From: Macrostomum lignano
Taxonomy: Eukaryota
DNA: 64,000 nucleotides
Direction: 5' to 3'
Assembly: GCA_002269645.1 (NCBI GenBank)
Contig: NIVC01000301.1
Coordinates: forward strand, 604,460-668,459
How positions within the stretch are numbered: position 1 is the stretch's first letter; every line of letters begins with the position of its first letter. Positions 27,691 through 64,000 of this stretch are shown here, one piece after another. Both the position numbers and the translations under genes were made by a program. Below the pieces are notes generated by a model that saw only the letters and a program-made list of their open reading frames with translations, was not told the origin of the DNA and searched no databases.

Positions 27691-28602
27691 GGGATCTTTG
27701 AATCCTGGGATATTTGAATCCTGGGATCTTTGAATCCTGGGATCTTTGAATCCTGGGATCTTTGAATCCTGGGATCTTTGAATCCTGGTATCTTTGAATC
27801 CTGGGATCTTTGAATCCTGGGATCTTTGAATCCTGGTATCTTTGAATCCTGGGATCTTTGAATCCTGGGATCTTTGAATCCTGGTATCTTTAAATCCTGG
27901 GATCTTTGAATCCGGGGATCTTTGAATCCGGGGATCTTTGAATCCTGGGATCTTTGAATCCTGGGATCTTTGAATCCTGGTATCTTTAAATCCTGAGATC
28001 TTTGAATCCTGGGATCTTTGAATCCGGGGATCTTTGAATCCTGGGATCTTTGAATCCTGGGATCTTTGAATCCTGGGATCTTTGAATCCTGGGATCTTTG
28101 AATCCTGGGATCTTTGAATCCTGGTATCTTTGAATCCTGGGATCTTTGAATCCTGGGATCTTTGAATCCTGGGATCTTTGAATCCTGGTATCTTTAAATC
28201 CTGGGATCTTTGAATCCGGGGATCTTTGAATCCGGGGATCTTTGAATCCTGGGATCTTTGAATCCTGGGATCTTTGAATCCTGGTATCTTTAAATCCTGG
28301 GATCTTTGAATCCTGGTATCTTTGAATCCTGGTATCTTTGAATCCTGGGATCTTTGAATCCTGGGATCTTTGAATCCTGGGATCTTTGAATCCTGGGATC
28401 TTTGAATCCTGGGATCTTTGAATCCGGGGATCTTTGAATCCTGGGATCTTTGAATCCTGGTATCTTTGAATCCTGGTATCTTTGAATCCTGGTATCTTTG
28501 AATCCTGGGATCTTTGAATCCTGGGATTTTTTGGGATCGTGGGATCTTTGGGATCCTGGGATCTTTGAATCCTGGGATCTTTGAATCCTGGGATCTGGGA
28601 TC
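27691..28602. repeat. 16-bp minisatellite (GGGATCTTTGAATCCT)
   Basis: Tandem periodicity. Confidence 0.95.
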
Positions 28603-29631
28603 CTACAACAAACACGTGTCACTTCGGATCTGTAACTACTGGTGTTTGGTACCTGTGACCCAATATTAGCTTCAGTCTAAAGCTACTCACTATTGAGTTT
28701 TAGTCAGCTATTCTCTCTCTTCCCAGGCACCTCCGGCCTCCCAACCATCCCAGTCATGCTGTTTGTGGATCCGAAAAACTTGCTTCCCAAAACGCTCGCC
28801 TCGGATGTCAACAGGAGCTGCTGGCGGGAAAGTTGAAGGCGGTGAGAAAGAAGGGTATGAGGGGGGGGAACAGACCGGGCAAAACGCTTGGCGGCTCTCT
28901 CGAGCAGCTCGGAGAGGACTCAAACAGAGCGAAATCCCTTTGTAGCCGCCGCTCCCCCCCAGTCAGTCCTACCCTGCATGCCACTCTGCACTCTCAGGGT
29001 AACCTGTCCCCGCCCTGAGCCCTGGTTGCGGTGAATTACCCCAAGTAGATGGGGGAGCGGAGGGGGAAACCCAGTCTGAGTCTGGCACTCTCCTTCGCTC
29101 TCCCGTCTGTCATGATCAATTTTCATTGGCAAGATTTCTCGCGAAGTAACGACTGAGGCCCAGCTGCCCCGTCGCCAAGTGGCCTGCAGGACGGGGGAGA
29201 CAATGCGGAGCGGAGGCCGCCAACCTTTAGTGGCCTTTTTGCGATCCCAACGAAGAAGGAAGCGGTCTGACTTGGGAAGGAAACGGGCCCACAAAGGCCC
29301 TCAGCGTCTCGCCCAGTTGCTACGGGAGCAACCCCCGTGCACCGCCTCCTGGAATCCCTGGCTGAGCCGGGGCTGAGCCACACAGCTGCAATCTCCATAG
29401 GCCCCAATCTCGCTGTCTGCTTAAATCAATTTTGTGCAGTACGGGCCTCATCCTGTGACAGGTATCTCGTCCGGCTCATGCGGGCTGCGGCAGCTCTGCA
29501 GCCAGCCTTCAATATACCAGTAACTGAATCTTGCCGCGTGTTTGTCTACTGGGCCTGTGAGACTTTTTTCACGCCGTCAAACACGGAACTCGCTGCATGC
29601 GAAATGTACTTTGCCTTCGCTTTCCGCCGCT

Positions 29632-30210
29632 TTTCACCTCCCTCCTTCCTCACCTTCATCTCTCCCCTTCCTCACCTTCATCTCCCTCCTTCCTCACCTT
29701 CATCTTCCTCCTTCCTCACCTTCATCTCCCCCTTCCTCACCTTCATCTCCCTCCTTCCTCACCTTCATCTCCCTCCTTCCTCACCTTCATCTCCCCTTCC
29801 TCACCTTCATCTCCCCCCTTCCTCACCTTCATCCCCCCTTCTTCACCTTCATCTCCCCTTCCTCACCTTCATCTCCCCCCTTCCTCACCTTCATCCCCCT
29901 TCCTCACCTTTATCTCCCCCTTCCTCACCTTCATCCCCCCTTCCTCACCTTCATCCCCCTTCCTCACCTTCATCTTCCCTTCCTCACCTTCATCCCCCCT
30001 TCTTCACCTTCATCTCCCCTTCCTCACCTTCATCTCCCTCCTTCCTCACCTTCATCTCCCCTTCCTCACCTTCATCTCCCCTTCCTCACCTTCATCCCCC
30101 TTCCTCACCTTCATCCCCTCTTCCTCACCTTCATCCCCCCTTCCTCACCTTCATCCCCCCTTCCTCACCTTCATCCTCCCTTCCTCACCTTCATCCCCCC
30201 TTCCTCACTC
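29632..30210. repeat. About 20-bp pyrimidine-only minisatellite (CCTTCCTCACCTTCATCTCCC)
   Basis: Tandem periodicity. Confidence 0.9.
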
Positions 30211-30221
30211 TCCATCTCCAT

Positions 30222-30293
30222 TCTGCACTTGGAATCGAGCCTGGGCCGCTGGCACATAAGAGCACCGCGCTCGACCACTGGGCTACGGCTCCC
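30222..30293 (-). mobile_element. Degenerate tRNA-derived sequence (SINE head or tRNA pseudogene)
   Basis: Reverse complement reads GGAGCCGTAGCCCAGTGGTCGAGCGCGGTGCTCTTATGTGCCAGCGGCCCAGGCTCGATTCC, with an A-box (TAGCCCAGTGG) and a near B-box (GGCTCGATTCC) at tRNA spacing. The acceptor stem does not close. Confidence 0.5.
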
Positions 30294-31494
30294 ACCAGAT
30301 CCTTGTGCTTAGATCAAGTGCTTATATTGTTTTTGTGTTTATGATTGCCTGCGTTTATGAATTCTTTTGTTTATGATCGCTTGTGTTTATGATCGCTTGT
30401 GTTTGTGATCGCTTGTGTTTATGATCGCTTGTGCTTATGATCGCTAGTGTTTACATCCATTGGGTTTAATGCATGATTACTTGTGTTTAGATCCCTAGTG
30501 TAAGCGGGTATTTTCTGCCCAGAAATATTGATCAAACGGTAGTGCTCCGCTGCAGGCCGGTTCTCTCCGATACTGGCGGGCAGCCGCGGCACCTGGAGCG
30601 GAAAGCGACGCTTCGCGGCTCTCGGTGACTAAGAAACGAGGCTCAAAGCCGATTATTGATGTAACCGCCCTTGTCGCCCGTCCGCTCCGCGGGGAGGCGA
30701 ACGCATGACCAGAGGGGGCAATGACCGTAGGCTGCCTATGACCGGGCAATGACCTGACGGACCTCCAGCACCAGACTGTCCCGCTTACATGATTGATAGC
30801 TTTGGTAGCGCTTTCGTGACCAGAGGGCCAAGGACCCACATGGACCCCACCTGTAGCCAAGGTGCAATAGTTGGTCACTCGGTCAGAGCATGACGGATCG
30901 CTAGAGACCGCTCTGACACGCCGCCGGCTTTGGAAGTCTTCTTGGAGTCGGGGTAGCAGATGGAGCCTCCTGATTGGCCAGCCACGTCAGCCAATCGCGA
31001 GCTCCGACTCACAGCGGGCACTGCATCGCTCGCGCCGTGTCGGCGCCGCCCGATTGAAGAGATGGAGAGATGGAGCAGAGAAGCTGGGAGGGTGGCGATG
31101 AACCGCTGGGCGCCAGTGGGGTAAAGCAGGAGAGAGAGGCAGGGGAGGAGGCGAGGAGCACCTCCTGCAATTTAAGAAGAATCCCGAGGCGGCCCAGCCT
31201 CCTCATCCCCGCCCCATCCCTACAGGTTGACCTTGGTTGCTAGGCTGCTTGGTTGACATAATTCGGAATTATCAATTTTGCTAACAGCGGGACTCGGCAA
31301 AGTCCTTTCGACCAGTTCGGTTAGAGTTCGACAGCAATTGGGGCAACAAAGCAGTGAAGCAGCTCCAGTGACTGAGGCCGGGCCAGGAGAGCCATGGGGG
31401 CCAGCCGTCCACCTGAGGTGAGTCGCGAGGGGTCCGGTAGAGATTTAGAGATTTCTGAGTTGTTCTCATGTGTAACATTGGTGACAGTTACAGA

Positions 31495-32455
31495 AATCTC
31501 TGTGACTGTAGGGATCTCTGTGACTGTATGGATCTCTGTGACTGTAGGGATCTCTGTGACTGTAGGGATGTCTGGGACTGTATGGATCTCTGGGACTGTA
31601 TGGATCTCTGGGACTGTATGGATCTCTGTGAATGTCGGGATCTCTGTGACTGTAGGGATCTCTGTGACTGTATGGATCTCTGTGACTGTATGGATCTCTG
31701 GGACTGTATGGATCTCTGTGAATGTCGGATCTCTGTGACTGTAGGGATCTCTGTGACTGTAGGGATCTCTGTGCTGGGATCCTGCTGTCCTCAACTGTCG
31801 AGGGCGCCTAGCGACAGCTCGACAAGCTAGTTGTTGTTGCGGCGAGTGTCGGCCTGGTGGTCAACACGCAGAAAACCTTCGTGCTCTGCGACATCGAGGT
31901 TGCGATCGAGGGGCAGATAGACAGGCGACGGAGCTTTTGCGCTGTCAGCAGTTCATCTACCTTGGCGATCTGGTTCTTGACATCTGCGAGGATCTGCGGC
32001 GTTGCCGTGGGCCTGACTGGGCTGTCATTCGTTCTGTGAAGGCTGTCCTGCAGTCCGAGGCCCTACAAGCATCGCTGAGGTCGGCGCTGTTCCAAGCGGT
32101 GGTCAAGACCGTCCAGTGTCAGGCGTTCCAGGCAGTGCTGGGATCTGTGAGACTGCTGAGATCTGTGAGACTGCTGGGATCTGTGAGACTGCTGGGATCT
32201 GTGAGACTGCTGGGATCTGTGAGACTGCTGGGATCTGTGAGACTGCTGGGATCTGTGAGACTGCTGGATCTGTGAGACTGCTGGGATCTCTGGGACTGCT
32301 AAGATCTCTGGGACTGCTGGGATCTGTGAGACTGCCGGGATCTCTCGGACAGCTGGGATCTGTGAGACTGCTGGGATCTCTGGGTCTGCTGGGATCTCTG
32401 GGACTGCTGGATCTCTGGGACTGCTGGGATCTCTGGGACTGGGATCTGTGAGACT
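31495..32455. repeat. Two related 18-bp minisatellites (GGATCTCTGTGACTGTAK at 31495-31775; GGGATCTGTGAGACTGCT at 32138-32455)
   Basis: Tandem periodicity; the two arrays flank the degraded LINE fragment. Confidence 0.88.
31781..32113 (+). mobile_element. Degraded internal fragment of the same RTE-like LINE family as 11521-12605
   Basis: Colinear with about 11821-12175 (e.g. shared GTTGCGGCGAGTGTCGGCCTGGTGGTCAACACGCAGAA and GTCCTGCAGTCCGAGGCCCTAC), with many substitutions, indels and a stop. Confidence 0.85.
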
Positions 32456-32811
32456 GCCGGGGTGCCTGTATCTTGAAGCACTTTTGTTCTCTAATATGCT
32501 CGTGGCATTCCTATTTTAGAGTTTACGATATCCTTTGACGTCGCTCCCTTTTCCCTACGATACCTTTAAACCGCCTCATCAAAGTGATTGATTCGTATTT
32601 TCGCTTTACAAGCCGGATAAGCCTCTGATAAGCAGCCAGTCATCCAGCATGCATTAATTTCCTGAGCTCATGCCCAGAGCCCACTTCTTTGCTGCTTTTG
32701 TATCCGAAGCGGGGCTTCGGCCGAGCTCATTACTAATTAATTAATGAAGCTCTGACACTGAAGAAATGTACTTGCAGCCGTTGCATCCTGTAGTACTCTG
32801 CTTAATTCATC

Positions 32812-32834
32812 TTAGATAGATAGATGGATAGATG

Positions 32835-32901
<67 letters not shown>

Positions 32902-32938
32902 GGATAGATAGATAGATGGATAGATAGATAGATAGATG

Positions 32939-33025
<87 letters not shown>

Positions 33026-33058
33026 GGATAGATAGATGGATAGATAGATGGATAGATA
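32812..33058. repeat. (GATA)n microsatellite
   Basis: Direct sequence. Confidence 0.95.
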
Positions 33059-33618
33059 CGCTAGCAGACGGACAGGCAGTCCAGCTAACATGGAACTCAT
33101 GTAATCTAGGAAAATATCATAAAACACACTCTGGGCAGGAAGTGGGCGGAGAGCGAGGGCCACCGACAGAAGATAAATTTATCGAAAGGCGAGATCCCGG
33201 GAGGTGCCGCCGCAAACACTGGCCTCATTATCTGAGCGCGGGCCAGAGTGTTGCCGGCCCGCGGGGGGGAGACGGCAATCAGTCCGACCCCTTTATGGAT
33301 CCCCTGCCCAGACAGAGGCTCCCTTTCGCCTTCTTCTCTTTCTATTTTGTGCCGGGGCGGACTCCGGCCGGGACTCTTGCCCTGGGCTGCCGGAGCTCCT
33401 CTCTGCCGAGCCCCCGGGGAGGCTGCATGGCCGAAAGTTGCAGAGTGGCGTGCCTTGGCCCGGCTGCTGAACTGGCCAAGTGCTGCAAAGTCTGCGGTCG
33501 TGTTGTTCCTTCTCGCTTGTTCTCCGGCTCTCTCGCGGTCTCCTAGCGGGCTTTCCTTTTCTAAATTAGTAAAGTAATTCATGCCTATAACAACTTCTTC
33601 GTTTCGTTTCGCATATCC

Positions 33619-34077
33619 GCGTCACGTGACTTTCGCCTTCAGAGCCGTGCAGAATGGAATCGATGCGCCTACTAGATTCAAGTTCGCTTCCTGGACTATC
33701 TTCCAGTCACGTGATAATAGAATGTACATTTTACGACCCGGTCCAGTCACCTGATAATAGAGTATAACCATACGACCAGTTCTAATCACGTGATGATGGA
33801 ATGTACATTTAGGACCCGATCTAGTCACGTGATAATAGAATGTACATCCTAGGATCAATTCTACTCACGTGATAAAAACAATGTACAATTTAGGACCCGG
33901 TCCAGTCATGTGATAATAGAATGTAAACCTTACGACCAGTTCTAATCACGTGATGATAGAATGTACATTTTAGGATCCAGTCTAGTCACGTGATAAAAAG
34001 AATGTACATTTTAGGACCCGGTCTAGTCACGTGATAATGGAATGTACATCTTGCGACCCAATCTAGTCACGTGACGC
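33619..34077. repeat. About 40-bp minisatellite with a CACGTG E-box in nearly every unit
   Basis: Unit is roughly CACGTGATAATAGAATGTACATTTTAGGACCCGGTCTAGT. Nine intact CACGTG and two variants. Confidence 0.88.
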
Positions 34078-34785
34078 ATTGCCTACGCTACCGCATATCA
34101 GACTTCGGCCCAGTCAAGCAGATCAGACTGCATCTCTCGGAGGCGCGCAGTCAGCACAACTGACTCCCTCAGAACTCGAGTTCCGTTTCCGCCTCTTTCT
34201 GTTCCCCGTCCGTCCGGCCGGCCTGGACAAAGGCGGTCCCGGTCGTAGACGGGAGGCCGATCCGACCGCTACGCATCTGGCTGTTTTACGAGCTACGCTA
34301 CACCCCGCTGCGGCAGCTCAGGCCCAGCCGGCTTCCCCGTCTCTGCCCGCCCAGCTGCTGCTTTCTCTCCTTCCTCTTCTAGGAGATGTTTTCAAACTTA
34401 GCGCTCTGCAGTTGCTGGAGAAGAGGGAGTGGGCGCCGCCGATCTCAGTCAATAAGTTCAGTGCGCCAAAATGATTGCTACTCATTTTCCCAGCTTCGCC
34501 GATCCGCAATCCCAACCTCCGAGTTCCGATCCGCGACCCGGCTGGGGATGGAGGAAATCATGGGGTAATGGGAGCGGAGTCAGGGGAAATCCAAACTGCA
34601 GCAGTGCTTAACGGATTCCAGCTGCTCCGCTGTGTAACGCGGTTTCTGTGGCGAGTTCCCCGCTGCGGTCTGAGCTGCAATACTTAAGAGATTTCATTCC
34701 TCATGTGCGTTGAGAATTTTGCCTTGACCCGGGAATTGAGGGGGGGGGCTACTCTGTAGGAGAAAGTTACCGACTAAAATTGGGA

Positions 34786-35085
34786 GTGAGCAGTGAGCAA
34801 TGAGTGAGCAGTGAGTGAGCAGTGAGCAGTGAGCAGTGAGTGAGCAGTGAGCAGTGAGTGAGCAGTGAGCAGTGAGTGAGCAGTGAGCAGTGAGCAGTGA
34901 GTGAGCAGTGAGCAGTGAGTGAGCAGTGAGCAGTGAGCAGTGAGTGAGCAGTGAGCAGTGAGCAGTGAGTGAGCAGTGAGCAGTGAGCAGTGAGCAGTGA
35001 GCAGTGAGTGAGCAGTGAGCAGTGAGTGAGCTGTGAGCAGTGAGTGAGCAGTGAGCAGTGAGTGAGCAGTGAGCAGTGAGCAGTG
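34786..35085. repeat. (GAGCAGT/GAGT)n compound microsatellite
   Basis: Direct sequence. Confidence 0.92.
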
Positions 35086-35684
35086 CGCAATGAGCCGTTA
35101 TAGCCAGTTTGCAACGCAGAAAAGTAGTCAAGTCTGCTCTCAAGGTCCCGCAGTGAATTTTAGATTTGCGCTCATCAGCGAAAGCGGTGTTGCCGGGCAC
35201 AACCGGAGAAGCGGGTGGCAGCTGTCCCTGGCGCGACATCCGCATCAATCTTGGCCAGACAGCCAGCCCTCCCGCCGTCAGGTCTGTCTGCTTGGCCTCA
35301 GTTTTCTATTAGCAATTGTCAATCTCTCCAGAGCGGGGGCTCCACCTTTGCATTAATGGGATGGGGAGACGCCCTGCCTTTCAGGCTAAATGCGGGCGAT
35401 AATTCGCTGGGTTGTGAGTGAAGCCAGAGGTCCCGGGATCGATTCCTCGCCGCTGGTCGATCGCAGCGGCAACAATTTGCGCCCGTCTGTTGCCTCGGCT
35501 CCACCCCCACCCCCCAGCTGAGCCAAATCAGCCTCATTGTTTGCCACCCTCTCCGCGAACTCCAAGTTCTTGGAGCTTTGGCCTGGGGTCAATGCGTACA
35601 TCCTCTTCCTCTGCCCTGCCCTCCTCTCTGCTCCACTCTCCGCTGTCCATCAAGTCAGGGGATAGAAGAAGTAGGTAGAGAATT

Positions 35685-36180
35685 AGATATGGAGAGAGAT
35701 GCACAAATAGGGAAGTAGACAGAGAAGTAGATATGGAGGTAAATGCACAAATAGGAAAGTAGACAGAGAAGTAGATATGGAGGTAAATGCACAAATAGGG
35801 AAGTAGACAGAGAAGTAGATATGGAGGTAAATGCACAAATAGGAAAGTAGACAGAGAAGTAGATATGGAGGTAAATGCACAAATAGGAAAGTAGACAGAG
35901 AAGTAGATATGGAGGTAAATGCACAAATAGGAAAGTAGACAGAGAAGTAGATATGGAGGTAAATGCACAAATAGGAAAGTAGACAGAGAAGTAGATATGG
36001 AGGTAAATGCACAAATAGGAAAGTAGACAGAGAAGTAGATATGGAGGTAAATGCACAAATAGGAAAGTAGACAGGGAGGTAGATATTGAGGGAGATGCGC
36101 TGATGGAAAAGTAGGCAGAGAAGTAGATATGGAGGGAGATGCGCTGATGGAGAAGTAGGCAGAGAAGTAGACAGGAAGTG
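35685..36180. repeat. 44-bp minisatellite (GAGAAGTAGATATGGAGGTAAATGCACAAATAGGAAAGTAGACA)
   Basis: Tandem periodicity. Confidence 0.92.
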
Positions 36181-36667
36181 GGCCACATGAATATGAGGCT
36201 GTGAGTCTCCCAGACTGACCCCGCGCTCCCGATCCCAAAAATGCCGCCTACGCTGCCTCGCGGGCTCTGCTGCATGCATTTAATGAACAATTTGGATGCA
36301 GAGGCAGCTCAGCCTCCCCTCTTCTCCCTTGATCCCCTCGCAACACGTGGCTTCACCCCCCCCCGATTCTGTACTCGACATCAGCCCCAGGCTGCAGCAT
36401 CCCTATTCTCCGTTTCCATCGCTCACTCCGGTGTATTAATTATTCCGTCCTGCCTGGGACCGGGCGTTGCTCGTCTCGATGCTCGCAGCTCCCCAGCACC
36501 AAGCACCAGCCTCTGATTAATGCCCGCCAGCAGTCTACCGGCTATGAAACATTAATTGCGAATTTCGACTTGCTGGGGTGGCGGGTTTCCGCTCACCTCC
36601 GCGTCTGCTGTCTATCAAAGAACTGTCTGCGGCTCAGCGCTTGGAATGCGATGCTTGAATGTTTGAA

Positions 36668-37398
<731 letters not shown>

Positions 37399-39084
37399 GC
37401 TACCTAGAACAGCCAATAGGCTGCTCATCCGGCAGCAGATGGGGAGCTGGGAATTTACGGCCCCAGCGGGAAGCAGCAGCAACAGCAGCTTTCATTGCAG
37501 GCAGCCGCACCCCTCAGCCTCCGGATCGGGATTCTTCCCAGCCGAATTCACCCCGCAGCTGCAGTCCGATCGGCTCCGTCATTTCAAATGCCATTAACGC
37601 GCCAAGCCTGGCGGGCCCCACCAACAGGCCGCCTTTTGTCCCCGCGCTCTCACCGCCTCATTCCAATTGATTTGCCCAGCAACCCCAGGGTTCCCCATGG
37701 AGACGGCGTATTGTCTGGCAGACAATGCCGATCTGGAGATTTATTATCGCATCCCAAATCCCCGACATCCCTTTGTTCCCGGTTTAATCAGCGATCAGCC
37801 TCTCTCTGCCTTGCGTCTGCTTTCTTCATCTCCGGGGAGTGCAAAACTCCGGGAGGTGTCGGTCTCTGGGGAGGGAGTTTTACAGTCCCCAGACCAGTGG
37901 CTCGAAGTTAAGCAGAGTCGGACGGGGTTAGTACTATAAGCGAGGACCATAGGAAGTCAGTTAACCACCCAGCCCGCCAGCTTCGAATTGCCCAATCAGC
38001 GGTACTGCAAGAGGCGGAGACTCACGAAATCTGCCAGCTCAATCTGCGGATTCGATAAGTGGCTCGGCAACCCCTCCTCAGCCCAGCATCCCAGCTGCCT
38101 CATCCATCACCCGGGCCGGCTGAATGGATTAATTAGCACAGCAATCGGTTGCTGGGGGGGGGGGGCAATTCGAATCGCATATTTACCTACGGACTGCCCG
38201 TGTGTGCTCAGATCTTGCGTGCGCCCGGCGGGGCCTCACCAGCGGTTCCGTTATTCATTTTCATTTCTGTCATTGGCCAGGGGCCCAGCCTCCGTCATCG
38301 CCTCCTGCAGCTGCCGGGGAGGCCGCCCTGTTTGCCGAATGAACGAACCTCTGAGATTGCGAGCAGAAGGAGACCAGGAGAAATGAGGGGAGGGAGTCAC
38401 ACATTGAGCTGCCTGGCTCTCCTTAAAAGTACATATCGTCTAGGTTTGATCCTCCCTTTGAAGTAGCCGGTTGGCTCAGAAACGGGCAGTTGACGAGAAC
38501 AGCACTAAGTTTTATTTCCCCACTGCCAAGGTCCAACTTCGAAATGCCTCCAATAAATAAAATGAGTAGAAAATTCAAAAGAATTTGCGCACTGCTGGGG
38601 CGGTGGGCTCAGGCAGGAAAAAATGTGCTCCATTTTTGAGCCGAGAGGCCCCGCCAGATTTGGCAATCTATAATGCATAAAGTGAGGAGAAGAGAGGGGG
38701 ACTCGCAGGTCTCATACAGGCTTAGTGGCATTAGGCGGTGTCCTAATTGAAAGTTAATTGACTCTGCAGAGAGGGGAACAGTGCAGGGATTGGCGGCGAT
38801 CCAGGCGACAGAGACTGTAGTCAATATGCCCGGGGAGAAAAAGTGAAAAGATTTTTGAGCAGCTTAAGTGGGAATAAATTGCATTCTGCACTCGGGATGA
38901 CTGACTGCTGCTTTATCAGGCGGATGAATGAAAATTGTCATTTCGCAATAAAATTCCGTGCAAGCAGCAGACATTCTATTTTTAGTAAAAGATAGTTCCC
39001 TCTGGTGTGAAGTCAAGTCATACTCAGTGACTTCACTGGCGAATCTGCACCTCATGAGCCACCCTGTTTATCTCGCTTCAGCTA

Positions 39085-39480
39085 AAGTAGACACCCACCT
39101 CACTCCCTCCCTGTTCAACGAGTTCAATTAGACATCCACCTCACTCCCTCCCTGTTCAATGAGTTCAAGTAGACACCCACCTCACCCCTCCCTGCTCAAT
39201 GAGTTCAATTAGACATCCACCTCACTCCCTCCCTGTTCAACGAGTTCAATTAGACATCCACCTCACTCCCTCCCTGTTCAACGAGTTCAACTAGACACCC
39301 ACCTCACCCCTCCCTGTTCAATGAGTTCAATTAGACATCCACCTCACTCCCTCCCTGTTCAACGAGTTCAACTAGACACCCACCTCACCCCTCCCTGTTC
39401 AATGAGTTCAATTAGACACCCACCTCACCCCCTCCTTGCTCAATGAGTTCAACTAGACACCCACCCCACTCCCTGCCCAA
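39085..39480. repeat. About 41-bp minisatellite (TAGACAYCCACCTCACTCCCTCCCTGTTCAAYGAGTTCAAY)
   Basis: Tandem periodicity. Confidence 0.88.
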
Positions 39481-39704
39481 TCAGATTCAACAAGACGCCT
39501 ACCGTAAACATACGACTCAACTTGATAAGTTAAACTTTTAAAAATTTCAGCAGCGGCACCGCTGACAAATGTCGGATGCCGCAGGCGGCCAAGACCGGCG
39601 GCCCAGTGGCGGCCTGACTGATTGAGGCGGCCGCCTAAAATCGTTGATTACCTGAATTCCCCTCCCCCTCCTACACAAAAATATCCCCCACAACGCCGGC
39701 CTTG

Positions 39705-63948
<24,244 letters not shown>

Positions 63949-64000
63949 GTTCGTCACAGTTTGCGGTTGAGTTTAGATCGGCACAGATTCAGGATAACAA

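Noticed and set aside
25099-30344. Several 200-335 aa ORFs (25099, 26590, 27986, 29337 and others)
   Set aside because: All coincide with tandem arrays and are low-complexity translations.
35425-35450. B-box-like GGTCCCGGGATCGATTCC
   Set aside because: No matching A-box or cloverleaf upstream; insufficient for a tRNA or SINE call.

Overview
Eukaryotic (animal) genomic DNA: GC-rich coding exons separated by introns packed with mini- and microsatellites. Codon style, repeat-filled introns and a lophotrochozoan-type Cav2 sequence suggest a free-living flatworm such as Macrostomum (inference only). The left part holds a co-oriented minus-strand cluster: SPCS1, an RFXANK/ANKRA2-like gene (with a recent 5'-truncated RTE-type LINE in its intron), nibrin/NBS1, DDX54/DBP10 and a partial unknown exon. 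A CpG-free AT-rich island follows, then a plus-strand calcyphosin-like gene, about 16 kb of mostly satellite and intergenic DNA, and the 5' half of a Cav2-type voltage-gated calcium channel alpha-1 gene (39705 to beyond the window end). Main discovery: the Cav2 gene carries three pairs of duplicated, frame-incompatible (mutually exclusive) exons, for the domain I S4 voltage sensor, domain II S3-S4 and the domain II selectivity filter/S6. Both pore exons end in U12-type (minor spliceosome) donors, while the acceptor between them looks U2-type, so spliceosome incompatibility may enforce their exclusivity. Other highlights are an AT-AC intron, an operon-like/SL trans-splicing layout in which DDX54 may get its start codon from a spliced-leader AUG, and a 1.6-kb zero-CpG island with apparent CG-to-TA conversion. 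All exon models were derived by hand from reading frame and splice signals. Repeat boundaries are approximate.
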